The notes under the pieces were generated by a model that saw only the letters and a list, made by a program, of their open reading frames with translations, had not been told where the DNA came from and did no database searches. The translations under genes and the position numbers were made by a program. A stretch of 63,991 nt of DNA, filler included, from Reticulomyxa filosa (Eukaryota > Protista > Foraminifera), in the NCBI GenBank assembly GCA_000512085.1. It is 14 parts of 14 records of this genome, joined end to end, with 100 filler letters (N's around TTAATTAATTAA, not from the genome) between each part and the next. Parts side by side here need not be neighbours in the genome. Positions count along the whole stretch, not along the records: positions 23,555 to 27,355 come from ASPP01016672.1; positions 27,456 to 35,452 come from ASPP01004772.1; positions 35,553 to 38,736 come from ASPP01023926.1; 11 more parts are not named here. The stretch is one strand, 5' to 3'. Of this stretch, positions 25,151-37,400 are shown one piece after another (positions within the stretch are counted from its first letter, which is position 1; every line of letters starts with the position of its first letter).

Positions 25151-27285
25151 TCATCTCATGCTCACATCATTGTAGCTGTCTCCAGATCTCTCCAGTTTAA
25201 CAGTTGGCTCAAGTCCTGGAGGACATATTGGCATATTTCCAGGTGGTGGAGGCCCGACTTGATAGCCAGGAGGAGGAAGATAAGGATGAGAACCAGGGCC
25301 AGAAAACCCAAGACCAAATGGAGGCGGGGGAGGAGGCAGAACCATTCCATGGGATTCAATGCCATGCATTGGTGGAGATGAAGCATTGTAGGGAGGAGCT
25401 GAAGGTACAGCATTGGAAGGAAGTACGAGCCATGGAGGCATACACATCGACAGAGTCTCACGAGCATATTTTTCATAAAAAATGCTTATCGCACCACCAT
25501 ACAATGGTGTCGATAAACGACCACTACTATTCATGCGCAATGTATTGTCCAGCCAAAACAATTCGCCCAAGTTTTTAAAGAAGTCTTTTTCATCAGTAGT
25601 TTTGATTTGATCTTTTTCTTTGTCAGTAGGAAAATCATTTTTTATCTCAGAACCATTGGCATTGATTTTGTTTTCCGCACTCATCTTGGATCACATGTAT
25701 ATAATATATTATATTTTTATGCAAAAAAAAAAAAAAATACATACACACAAAAACAAAAAAACAGCAAAAAAGAACATTGGAGTTCATGTGTTGTTCCCTT
25801 TCATGTTAATCATAAACATACATACACACAAGTGACAGTAGCTTACAGTACTTGATGCTTAAAATGGTTTGCAGTTTCATTGAGTGCTTTCAACAAAGTC
25901 TTTGCAAAATCTAATGACTGAAAGGTCGGTTCATACAATATGGATTGTGGACCTCCTAAAAATTCCACAACTGTTAACAGTCCACGGTATTTATTTTCAT
26001 TTAACACAATGTCGTCAATTGTGTACTCACTCATCCACTGTTGCATTTGTTCTCTCTCTTTTTCTTTTTTTTTTCCAAGTCTTTTTCCTTGTCCTTTTCT
26101 TTTTCCTCGATTTCTGATGAGGATTTTAAGCGTTGCAAAGTATCAACATACAATCTTTCGTAACAGTCTTTCGCCATCAAATGCACGATGCAGAAATGTG
26201 CGTACAATGCACGATCGATTGGGGTTGAACTGTCATTAAATGTCGTCATTATCATTATCATTATCATCATTGTAATTGTTATTATTTGTTGTATTTTGCC
26301 AGTATGAACAAGACAAAGATGTCCAAAAAATGGATTGAAATGAATATTAGCTCAACTGAAGCGGTATGTATGATGGGAATCCAATGGGCGGATAGGAAGA
26401 CATGGGTGGATGCATAAAGAAATCACTTCTCTATTTTTGTTAATTATATCATTATCTTTTCCTCCCGTGTCATCCTCTCATTTGTTTTGTTTTGTTTTGT
26501 TTTTCTTCTCAACTTTTTTCTTTTTCTTCATTTTTTTGGGGCTTTTTGAAAAAGAAGTGGACGATGTGCCCATTGAAAACATTCGTTTTTTGTCATCAGA
26601 CATATCCATGTGAGTCCCGATATTGTCGGGGTTGTTGTAATCAAAAGGATGATGATTATTGTCGTGGATATTAGCATTGTGGTTATTGTTGGCATTGTTA
26701 GGTTAAAATTGTTATTGCGATTATCAATATTATTATTGTTATTCGTATTGTTGTTGTTACTGCCATTATTATTATTATTATTGCTATTGTATTCATTGTC
26801 ATCATTAGAATCACTCCTGTCATCTCCACCATAATCATCTTCCAACAACCCAGCCGCACCTGACGCAATGACCATACTTGGTGCTACTTTGCCTTCTTGA
26901 CACAGTTGTTGCAGAGCAGATTTGTGTTTCTCTCGGTTCAAATGTTTGGTCAAACAACGGCGAGCTTGCTCTTGGGCCGGTTTCGTGCAGAAGCCACCCG
27001 ATTTGTTTGCCTCGATACAAATGCGACAAAAGATTCCGCCCTTCTCTTCGTCAAAGAAAAAGCAGGACATGTCGCGTCCACTATTATTCAAGTCGACCAT
27101 CCATTTCTCAAACCGTTCCTTGAATTCGGGGATGTTTATTTCCAGCGGATTGTTGCTCTCATTACTGCCGCTTTTGTGCTTCTGGCTTGGGCTCATCGAC
27201 GATTGACTCGACGCATCCCCATTGCCAACATTCGAGTTGTTATTAAACCCATACGAAGGAACCGAGGAAGGCATTGGCATACCAC
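25151..27285 (-). CDS. TTF/C17orf113-type Zn-finger protein with a DUF4371-like segment and Pro-rich tail (probably hAT-transposase-derived); several homopolymer frame breaks
   Basis: GIFCRIC...GFC...LTKHLNREKHKSAL. Downstream: ALYAHFCIVHLMAK...NKYRGLLTVVEFLGG...FQSLDFAKTLLKALNE. Final exon 25684-25151. Confidence 0.6.
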
Positions 27286-27525
27286 CTTATTATTTTTTTT
27301 TTTTTTTTTATATATATTAATATCTTTTGTTACTTGTTTAAAAAAAAAAAAACACNNNNNNNNNNNNNNNNNNNNNNNNNNNNNNNNNNNNNNNNNNNNT
27401 TAATTAATTAANNNNNNNNNNNNNNNNNNNNNNNNNNNNNNNNNNNNNNNNNNNNATATAAGATATAAGATATAAGATATAAGATATAAGATATAAGATG
27501 AATTAGAAAAAAAGTGGAGACGAAC

Positions 27526-28507
27526 ATTAGCTTCTTGTTCTTGTTTAGACATTCCATCTTGCAAATCTTTTAACTCTTGAACAAAGTTGTCCACTTCTTC
27601 CTTGTCTAAGCCGTCCATCAAAGTGGTAAAGTCATCGAAATTGGCAATGGACAAAGTGCCTTGTCGTTGCAGCGATGGTACTTTGCGGAGACTCGTCTGT
27701 TGATGTTTCGTCACTTCGTCTTCAATCGTTAAATTGACCGATCTCGATTTTACATGTCCAGCGCTGGTGCTGGTGCTGGTGCTGCTATTAATCCACATAT
27801 CAGTTGTTTGCGTCAACACCATTTCGGACGTATTCCCGTTCTTTGGATTGGCTTTTGTCTGCTGTGTCTCATCCACTTTGGGTTTCGCAATTGCCTTTGC
27901 ATTCTTTGATGCGGACTTGGATTTGTTCGAGTTGTCTTGTCCCTTTTTCTCTTCATCGGCACCAATGTCGGCATCCACATCCGCGTTGATATCAATGTCA
28001 ATCTCCCCTGCGTCGTCATTTTCAATGTCAAAGTCGTCAATCTTGTCTTGATTTTCTGCAGTGAATGCAGTCGCCGTTGCCGTGGCAGTGATTTGCTGTG
28101 TGCCCGTCACTTGGATCGTCATGGAGGAATTGGGACCCAACGTAAGCTCATTGGAGACTGGCGTGGCAGCGGTCGTAGGGACAATTAAACTCCCTCCCAG
28201 TAACGTTTTTCTTTTTTTCAGAGTGGACCTCTTCGAATCTGCTGCAGTCAATACCGGCATTTCAATGCCGTGTTTTTGCAATTGACCTAATGCCAACTCC
28301 AATTGGGACTTCAACTTTTTGTTTTCTCGTTGCAACTTCTTTATCAATGCCTTCAACTGCTCTTTGCTCAGTTCTGAGTTCACCTTCGCTTTATTTTTCA
28401 CATTCTTGGCCGTTTTCGCAAATCGTAGTGTACGAACTGTTTCAAACTATTTGTTCACACATGACATGTTCATCCCGTCAGTCCCTTTTGTTTTGTTCAA
28501 AACTTTG

Positions 28508-28538
<31 letters not shown>

Positions 28539-30101
28539 GTATATATGTATATATGTATATGTATATATGTATATGTATACAAAACTCGATTGAAAATGTG
28601 CGGCGAACAGGCCACCAATAAACTGGTCTTACTGTTACCACCCAGCGAGTCCATCAACATGAAGGTCAAGCTGGAGGAACGATAGCTGGGGGTACGGCCT
28701 TTGCTTAGGTCATTAATGCAAGTGGTAAGTTGCGTCAATGACAGATTGATTGTCTTCAACTCTTGCATTTTTTTGTTATCAATATTGGCACCTGTACCCA
28801 ATGCTTTGGTAAAAGATTCACTTCCTGCCAGATCGATAAAGTTCAATTTTGATTTTTTTAGACTTCCACTTGTCATCTGTTATGTTGTGTTGTGTTGTGT
28901 GTGCCATATCGTGTCTATGCACTAATGAACTTTTTGAAATGTGTATACACAACACATTTCTGTTATACAAATACATCTTTTTCACAAAAAAAAAAAAAGA
29001 ACTTCTTGTGTGACGACAAGTGTCATCAACATGTGCGAACGACTCGAAACAGCGTTCATGAGAGTAGCGTCGACGACTCGATTTTTTTGAGCAACTCCAA
29101 GGAGCTGCAACAAGTCTCCCAATGAAGTGACCGGCATTTGTTTCAAGCCAGGGACGTAAGGACTGTTCGCGTGTGGGTCAAAGCGAATTTTCAATGCGAT
29201 TTCATTTCCACTCGGATCCAGCAAGTCGTGCAATTGCTCTCGATACAGTTGGATAAACTGAGCCTGGATGTTGTAATTCTTTATTGTTCCTCGGTCGTCT
29301 GTTGACTTCGTTCGCAAATCTTCAAACAAATAACTCACACAGCGCTGTACCAATCCCAAATCGGTTGGGTTTTGGCTATCGTCTTCGGGGCCAAACATCT
29401 ATTTTTTTTTTTAATTAAAATAATAATAATAATAATAATAACAATAATAATAATAATAATAACATACAACTTAACTGTATAAGTCTTTCCACTTTTGTTG
29501 TTATTGTCCCCATCCCCCCCCATCCCCAAAAATCAAACCACTTCCAATATTGTTTCAACAATACAACAAAAGATAATGGACAACATACCTCCCCGTTTGA
29601 CCATATGCGAATATAGTGGCCTATTATTGTCGTTTTTTTTGTGTATTATTTGTCTGTCTGTTTTTTTCGTTCAAAAAAAAAAAAAAAATGTTCACTCCAA
29701 ATTGGATTCTCTTTTTTTAGAAGAAAAAAATAATAATAATAATTTACGTTGTAGCCTTCGATACACGCTTCCACCATCGGCTTTCCACATATTAAAAAGA
29801 CTTGCTGTTGGGTCGTATCGCTTGAAAATATATGGTCCAATGCAAATTCATGCGGCGGCTCCGATGCCTTATCCGCTCGCGACAACTTCACTCTTCGATA
29901 GCTTTCTATTTGTGGAGCTGTATCTCTCAGATCTCCCGTTTTCTCCTCACGTTTTTCTCTTGAATTTATTGGACGAAACCGACAGACAACCCTAATGTTT
30001 TCCATTTCTCGCCAATTAATGTTGTAAGGATCATGTGGCTTGTCTTCATTATTCTCTTCATCAGTTGTGCCTTCACTGCCATTTTCTTCGTCGTCATCCA
30101 T
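27526..30101 (-). CDS. Kinesin motor protein (N-terminal motor, kinesin-1-like neck), 3'-truncated; introns 29621-29747, 29492-29588, 29399-29475, 28877-29002 and 28447-28585
   Basis: [90 protein letters not shown] plus neck coil. Confidence 0.95.
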
Positions 30102-30657
30102 GTGTCTGTCTAAATGTCAGCTAGGTTTTTTGTGGTTTTCAGTTTAAAAAAAGTTGGCAGATATGCCCCATTTACCACTATCTAAAACGTTTATATAGAG
30201 AGAAAAACGTTTAATAGTTTGCATTGCCATCAGTATAATATGCACTTTCAAATTTGTTCTCATCTCAAATAAAAGCTTCAAAAAAGATTACATTTTGCTC
30301 ACGAAAGCTGGAAGAAAGATCGCTACAAAAATAAATTTTTAAGACACGAGAATCCCTTATCTAAATTTGTTCACTCGCTTTTACTTTTTTGCTAATGTAA
30401 AACTCTGGTTACATTGGCATGACTACGTCAATTTATTTTATTACATTTAACGCTAAAAAAAAATGCCTCTTGATTTTGCTTGTAAGAAAATTTTGTTCGA
30501 AAAAAGGTTAAAAGGGACACACCACAAGGTCTTACAAGAAAAAGATCTTTTTTGGAAGTGAATCTTAGATATATCCATCCAGATACTCTCGTTTGTTTTA
30601 TTTTCTATCTGAGATTATTTAACTAAGAGAGAAAAGAAGGTATAATATTGCAAGAGA
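30102..30657. promoter_or_regulatory. Probable bidirectional promoter between head-to-head kinesin and SAP18
   Basis: 556 bp separate divergent ATGs on one contig. Positional inference only. Confidence 0.4.
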
Positions 30658-31197
30658 ATGACTTCTCTAACCGGAAAGAAGAAAGACGAGTCGCGGGGTA
30701 TTGACCGAACACAGATCACACCATCGTTAATTCGCATATTTGTAACAACAGGGGATAACCGTTCTCCAAGTGCTTACAGTGATACTGAGCGCTTACCAGA
30801 AGACGAGATTCACTTGCATACATGGCCAGATGCCACATTGGATGAAATCAGTCGTTTGTTGTCCACGGCCAAACCTGAAGAAATCGCCAATTCCAAAGTA
30901 ACATTATCTTACGCTTTGGTATACCCGGACAGTAAAGGACACATGGTTGTAAAAAAATGTGGAGTAGTGAAATGGAACTCTAAAAATAGCCACTTTATCA
31001 ACGATGACCGCATGAAGACACTGCAACAATGTCATTACGAGGTCGGGGATTATTTGGATGTTGGGATCATTCCACACACCAACACACGTGGTCTTGACGA
31101 GGACAAAGACAGAGATAGAGATCGAAACAGAAACAGGGACAGAGATAGACAACGAGGCCAAGGGAGAGAATATGGGAAATCGTCTACTTGGCGATAA
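30658..31197 (+). CDS. SAP18: Sin3-associated polypeptide SAP18 with RD-rich tail, intronless
   Basis: IDR..TP.LIRIF, EIHLHTWPDATLDEI..L, LSYALVYPD, DD..KTLQQCHYEVGDYLDVGI. Confidence 0.92.
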   Translation: MTSLTGKKKDESRGIDRTQITPSLIRIFVTTGDNRSPSAYSDTERLPEDEIHLHTWPDATLDEISRLLSTAKPEEIANSKVTLSYALVYPDSKGHMVVKKCGVVKWNSKNSHFINDDRMKTLQQCHYEVGDYLDVGIIPHTNTRGLDEDKDRDRDRNRNRDRDRQRGQGREYGKSSTWR

Positions 31198-31910
31198 ACT
31201 GAACATGCACTTTCTAAGCCTATTTACAAAGAGGGCGTCATATTATTAAATACAAATTTTACCATTTTCTTGCAAACTTCTCAATTTAAAATATTCCCAT
31301 ATTTGTTGAAAATGCCATCTCAAAAACGTCCAAGGCTCTTACTTTGATATACTAGCAAAAAAAACTTTTCAATCGTCCTTTTTCCCTAAGATAAGGCTAT
31401 TACCTTTAAAAAAGTTAAATTTACTATTTACAACGTGGCCCGCATTTCTGAAAATATTTTGCTTATTTTGTTTCAATGACATACAGACAAAATAAATTTG
31501 AATTCCTATAGTGCTAATAGCTTAAAGTTATTAAATCGCATTATCAACATCATATCAAATTCGATCTCTATAAGAGCAATTCAGTGACATAAGATTTTCT
31601 TATTCTGTTGCATTAGATGGACACTGTCTGCACTTTTCATATATGCAATGACCGAATTTAAATATTTAAAAAACTTTGTAAATGAAATTTATATCTTTCT
31701 TCAAAAAAATTTGCTTCCATCTGAACATAAAATTATTTGATAATTCTTTTCAGATTACTAAATGTTTTACATCAAATTACGTAAGAATTGGCAACTACAT
31801 TGCTCCATTACCGCAAAAGAGCAGGCGCAAACCGTTTACAAACAAGAAACAGAACTTTCGAGACTCGGATATTAAATTAGTCAAATCTTTTTTACACAAT
31901 TCATTGAATA

Positions 31911-32572
31911 ATGTATCAACAAGTAAGTATATGTTTCTTACAGAAAGGACAGTTTTTGTTTTTTTAATGTTGCCAGTACGTAGAAGCTGCTCGTCGTATC
32001 GGTTTCACTAAAGCCACGACCGTTGAACGACCGAACTGCGCTCCTGTTGGCTATTTGTCAATAACTGATGTTCCTATTTCATGGACGGACGGTGAAACTG
32101 AAGTTAAAAAGTGATATTCATGACAAAACTTTATGTTTTATTGTTTTGCATATGTTTTATTTCACAAAATAAAAAGGTAAATGAAAATCAAGAATTGTTG
32201 GAATGGGGAGAAAAAGATGGCAAACCAAAAACTACTTTCTGCTTTTATGGAAAACGATTCAAGATTTTGCAAAGATTGGATGACAAGGCTTTGATCTGTC
32301 TTAAAGGAGTTAAGTGAATAAAAACAATTTTTAAAGAAAATGAAAGTGCATATTTGTTTAGCACATAATGTCTTAAAATGTTGTATTATTGCGCAAAACA
32401 GAAAGAGCTTTTGATTGGCTATCAATTTAAACGTGCATGGATGTTGGTGTATGGCGAAATTGCACTACGAAATATCGACCAAGAAGCAGCTAAAGGTTTT
32501 AGATCAGCTCCTATTGCTTTCACTATGGTCATGCAAATGATCTTTGAGCAATTGGACGACGCCGGTTTGTAA
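31911..32572 (+). CDS. Profilin-like protein, 146 aa; exons 31911-31922, 31977-32102, 32177-32308 and 32402-32572
   Basis: The spliced frame MYQQYVEAA...VNENQELLEW...FCFYGKRFKILQ...LICLKG...FEQLDDAGL* has profilin size, a WQxYVD-like N-terminus, an FxGxKF/Y strand and an LxxAGx C-terminus. All three introns are GT-AG and phase 0. Confidence 0.75.
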
Positions 32573-35026
32573 CATAAATCTTCATCTTTCATTGACTCAA
32601 ACCGACTTTTTTGTGTAAATTACGGTGGATTTGAACTACAATCGCTTAGTTGAATAATTGTATTGCAACCATTTTTCATTTTGCAGCATCTCCTTTTTAA
32701 GTGTCAAAGTGACAGTCAGCACTCACCACAGCCATAAGTACTTACACCCAGGGATCAGATGATAAACTGATTTTCAAAGCATTACAAAATGTTAAATAAA
32801 GATAGAAAAATAGCAAAGCAAATGGTCAATTACATTAAAAAAAAATTGAAAATACACTGAATGTTTTGGTCATTGTTGATTATGCACAGTATCGGATTGT
32901 TGTAATGTGCAATTGCAAAAATCTTTCAAAAAAAATAGTATTATATTTTAGAATAATCACTGCAGGTGATTGATTTGATTGAGCGAAGAAAATACAAGAA
33001 TGGTTCTAATGGAACATAAATCATTAATTCCTTTAAGGAATCAATATTATCAAGTAACTAGATCTCAGACAATTCCGTTTCCAAAGTGGAAAATATTTTA
33101 CAGATAGAACAATACAGAATTTTGCGAGATTGAAAGGATTTACGAATACGTGTAAGGTGGAGTTGAGCTCTTGCAAGTACTCTTTTCATAATGCCAAAGT
33201 CATTCCGGAAAAATGCAATGCGTGCTAAATGATGCAATCAGTGTCTGCTCAATACAAAAATAGTTTGTAATATTTGTAAAGTATTTCACCAAATCTTTCT
33301 TCGCTTGATGGCTTTGCAGCTTAGAGTAAATGGGTCTAATTGCTAATATATAATATTTCGAGCCAAGTGATATGTTTTTTTCGTTTATTTGTTAATGACA
33401 CTTAGATATGTAGATCATAACAACTCACCATTTTTCCTTATTGCAAAAAAGAGTCAAAAAGCATAAGTCGCTGATGAATTATCAAATCATTTGAATAAAA
33501 TACGTTCTGGTTTCTGTGTTTGTTGTGGCCCTAATACTCACCAAGCTATCAACAAAATTCTGGATCAAGTCAATTAAGTACTTACTCAACAAAATCATTT
33601 TCTTGCTACATATCTGCATGATCAATACTTTCTTGTCATAGCAATTTCCTTCATTATACTCACTAACCAAAACAATCCTTTTAATACAAAGAATGTGTAT
33701 ATCGACGAAAGTTCGTGTTGAAATTAGCTTTTTTTTTCTTTTTTCCATTATCTATGATAATTATGTTCATCGTCATTCTCAATTTTTCGTTTTCAAATTT
33801 CTTTGATTGTTCGCCACTTTATTTTCATTCTAATAATCATTATCATGTTTATTTTACTGGACCAGAAAGAAGTTTTAGCATCATGCTAAAAAGATTGAGA
33901 AAAAATTTTTATGATAAAACATAAAAACTTTCTATATTGCCGGTAAGCGGCAAACTTTTCTCACTATTTCTTAAAAAGAAAGTACATGAGCATAATTATG
34001 AAGATGAATTTGTAGATATACTACAAATTATCCTTATTACAATTTGTGGGATTTCTGAATAGTTTTGAAAAAATATATTTTATGTCGTTGAAAGACTATA
34101 AATTTGGTCGTCTCGCTGAACAATAATGAAAGGATTTTATAGCGAAGTAAGAGTTCTCAAGTTTTGTTCTGCTTAATATTTAGTTACTTTTTTTATATGG
34201 TAATCTGGAAACATCATTTTCCACTCAAAACATTCGAAGGGCTCAACATTGCAATTGAATAAAACAGCAAATCTTTGTGTCCTGATACAAGAAGTTATTA
34301 GCCGTTGACCACGCAATACATTGCCCAATTGAATGGCGAAGAGGGATAACTCCACTTTTGTTGTTTCAAATCGAGCATTTTAATGGAATGTCGACTAGCT
34401 CCATTCCACAGTCAAAGTTGATAAGCCCCCCTCATAGATCGCAAACACACTGGAGTGGAATGCATGTATTTGGACCTTTATCAAAACGGATCGTTTCAGC
34501 TCCCTTTGATGAAATACTCTCGATACTTTGTTCGTTGAATGGAAATCATTCAATCCACATCACCATATAGTCCGCACACATTGCCTTCACTCACATTGGA
34601 TAGCACATTAAAAATATAGTTCTCTTTCAAAAACTTGTCATTATTTATACGATTTAGATCCACTCCATCCATTAATTTGTAAACAAATAAAGTAAATAAA
34701 CAAAAAGTCTTTCTTAATGAACCATACTTTGTTAAGGACAAATTAGCGGTTAAACGGTAATGTATTCTTTATACATTCAAAATTTGTTATAAAATAGATA
34801 TCATATGTATACATTTTACAAATGTGTTCAATTAGATAATCTTCGTAATGTTATATGTAGCTTGTACATGATTTTTAAAAGGTTAGTTTATGCTTTATTT
34901 TGAATATGTTACAACTGCAAAATTTTGGAAATGATTTTTGTAGTGTTCGTATATTATTACGATGTTTCCATATTGCAACAATATTTGGAAAGGAAAAATT
35001 AACATATTTAATTTTTGATTTTACAT

Positions 35027-35452
35027 TTATTGAATTTTGCATAGACTCTTGTTTCCAATATTGAAATGTGAGCCTCTAATGTTTTTAGTTTTTAACTCTT
35101 TGGCTTCTTCATGATCATATATTGTACCCAAAATAGAACATAATACACCACTTAATGCGAATCTATATCCATCCCAATTTTTTAAGTTTTCAAACATCCA
35201 AGCTGAGTCTTTTTCTGATATAATGGATCGATAGCCGTAATAGCTCCCTGCAATTTGTCCTGCGATACTACCAGTTGTATCAGCATCACCAAGCAAATTG
35301 ACGACTCGTTCAATACTTTCACCAAAGGACTTGCTATGATAAACACCGTGCAATGCCATTGCTAATCCATCCATGCAATAGCTACCAAAATATCCAGCGT
35401 CAACAGGATAGCTATTGTAGAATTTATCTTCTTTGCGTTTCTTGAACGAGCC
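35027..35452 (-). CDS. ADP-ribosylglycohydrolase (DraG/ARH family), C-terminal part
   Basis: GYFGSYCMDGLAMAL...VVNLLGDADTTGSIAGQIAGSYYG. Confidence 0.9.
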   Translation of the reverse strand, partial: GSFKKRKEDKFYNSYPVDAGYFGSYCMDGLAMALHGVYHSKSFGESIERVVNLLGDADTTGSIAGQIAGSYYGYRSIISEKDSAWMFENLKNWDGYRFALSGVLCSILGTIYDHEEAKELKTKNIRGSHFNIGNKSLCKIQ

Positions 35453-35610
35453 NNNNNNNNNNNNNNNNNNNNNNNNNNNNNNNNNNNNNNNNNNNNTTAA
35501 TTAATTAANNNNNNNNNNNNNNNNNNNNNNNNNNNNNNNNNNNNNNNNNNNNTTTTTTTTTTTTTTATGTTGTGTTGAGCTTTTTCAAAAAAAAAAAAAA
35601 AATAATAAAG

Positions 35611-35933
35611 GGGGACGCGAAGTTGAAGTTCTGCAAGCCGTTTGTGGGAATGGCTATCGCAGGAAATTTTTCAATGATTTGAATGTTCTTGCTAATCCTC
35701 CAAAAGAATGCTTTACTACTGACGATCTGTGGATTAGTGGCTATTTGCAATTTTCTAATAAACAAAAAATTCCAAGGGTCTTAATGAAAGAGCGCTTGGA
35801 ACCTACAAATACTGAGTGGAAATGGCGAGAGAAAGGCAAATGGACCTTGTCAAGTGAAAATTCTAAAAATATGCAAGATATTAAATGCATTAATGCTGTT
35901 GAACAATCTTTTCACAGAAAATGGCTGGAATAG
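35611..35933 (+). CDS. Last exon of a probable GT-A-fold glycosyltransferase
   Basis: VEVLQAVCGNGYRRKFF...CFTTDDLWISGYL (DD.W.SG.L motif). Confidence 0.6.
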
Positions 35934-37400
35934 ACTATTACAAAAAAAAAAAAACAAACGACAAAATTGTTATAATAATTATTATGAAGATGTTTTTTTC
36001 GTTGCTTTTTTCGAATTTGAGAAGAAAAAAACGGACTCATCACACCATCACTCCGCCACAATTACTTCGGCTAATAACATTTTTCAATTCTGTTGTGTCT
36101 AGGAAAAAAATGGGTGAATATGTTTAACGCTTGAAAGACGAAATATACCAAAGTAGCATATCGATTGCTTTATAATGCCTAGACATACAAATAGTCAAAT
36201 TGAAAGAAACATTGCCCAAATGGAGAAATTAAAAATTACTTAATATTAATGCTTGTTAAAAAAATGCTATGTTCCTGATCTTTAAGACTATGTCTTTTTG
36301 CTATTTCAGAGAAACTAAAATGACTATCTCAGAATTTTTAACAAAATTTTAAAATAGGAAATAAATGCTTGAACTCTAATTTTTTCTTAAATTATGGTAG
36401 TGTGTTTAGGAGTCGACATTAACTTCCTAAAAAAGATCTTTGTTAAATTTTTCGTCCTTTCCCAACGGGTCCTTAGGATTACATGAGTATCTTAAATTAC
36501 ATATGCTAAGTCTAGACCACGATGAAATTGACACTTTTGAAATTTGGAGAATAAAATATGAAGAAAAAATTACTTGAAATAAAAAAAACAAAACAAGTTT
36601 TCATGGACCAAAACAATAACAAACTACCAATGAAAAGATTTTTGAAAGATGCGTGCATTTGAATTCTCTGAAATTTTTTTAATGGCCTTACTCCTTGGAC
36701 TGCTTTTAAATGCAATGCATGTTTAAGGAAAGAGTCAAGTTAATCGACAGAAGCAAGGATTTGTTTCTGGAAAGAGTTATCCGAGGGGACTGTTTCTATG
36801 ACACTAATGTCAATGCATTGTAAGAACGTGGACACGAGTCGAAAAGAAATAATCTGTTCAAGATAAGCTCGATATATGAAACAACCAACTTTCATTTTAA
36901 GAGATCAGGAGTTTTTTTTTTTTAAGCACCACCCAACAAGAAAAACTAAACAAGCAAACTTTTTTTCTTGTTACACTCAAGGAATTTTTTAGCAAATTTC
37001 CTCACAATGTTTATGTTTTTTTTTTGCAACTCAATTGTTTGACAATTGAACATGTTTTGGAGAAAAGAAAGGAAAACAAAATCGAACCGTTTTTGTTGGC
37101 TAACAAAAGCAAAATATTTTTGTAAATAAACAAAATGCAATTATCAAAGAAAAAAACACAATTAAATTGTTTTTTTTTAAAAAAAACAAAAACCAACATC
37201 AACAACAAAAAAAAACAACAAGAAAATTGTCAAAACAAGAAAAAGGAAACAAACGACAAAAAAAACCTCACATAAATTTTTTCTTTTTTTTTTTAACGTT
37301 ATTATTGCTTCACAAAAAAATAAAGCCATTTAAAAAAAAAAAATGAAACTATGCTTATGAATGTTGCAATGTCTCATTCCTAGACAAGAAATCAACACGA

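Noticed and set aside
27456-27500. (ATATAAG)n array as a telomere-like repeat
   Set aside because: It lies within a kinesin intron at a contig break and is an ordinary microsatellite
32950-34741. Coding-like remnants on the minus strand
   Set aside because: Many stops and no family assignable by eye
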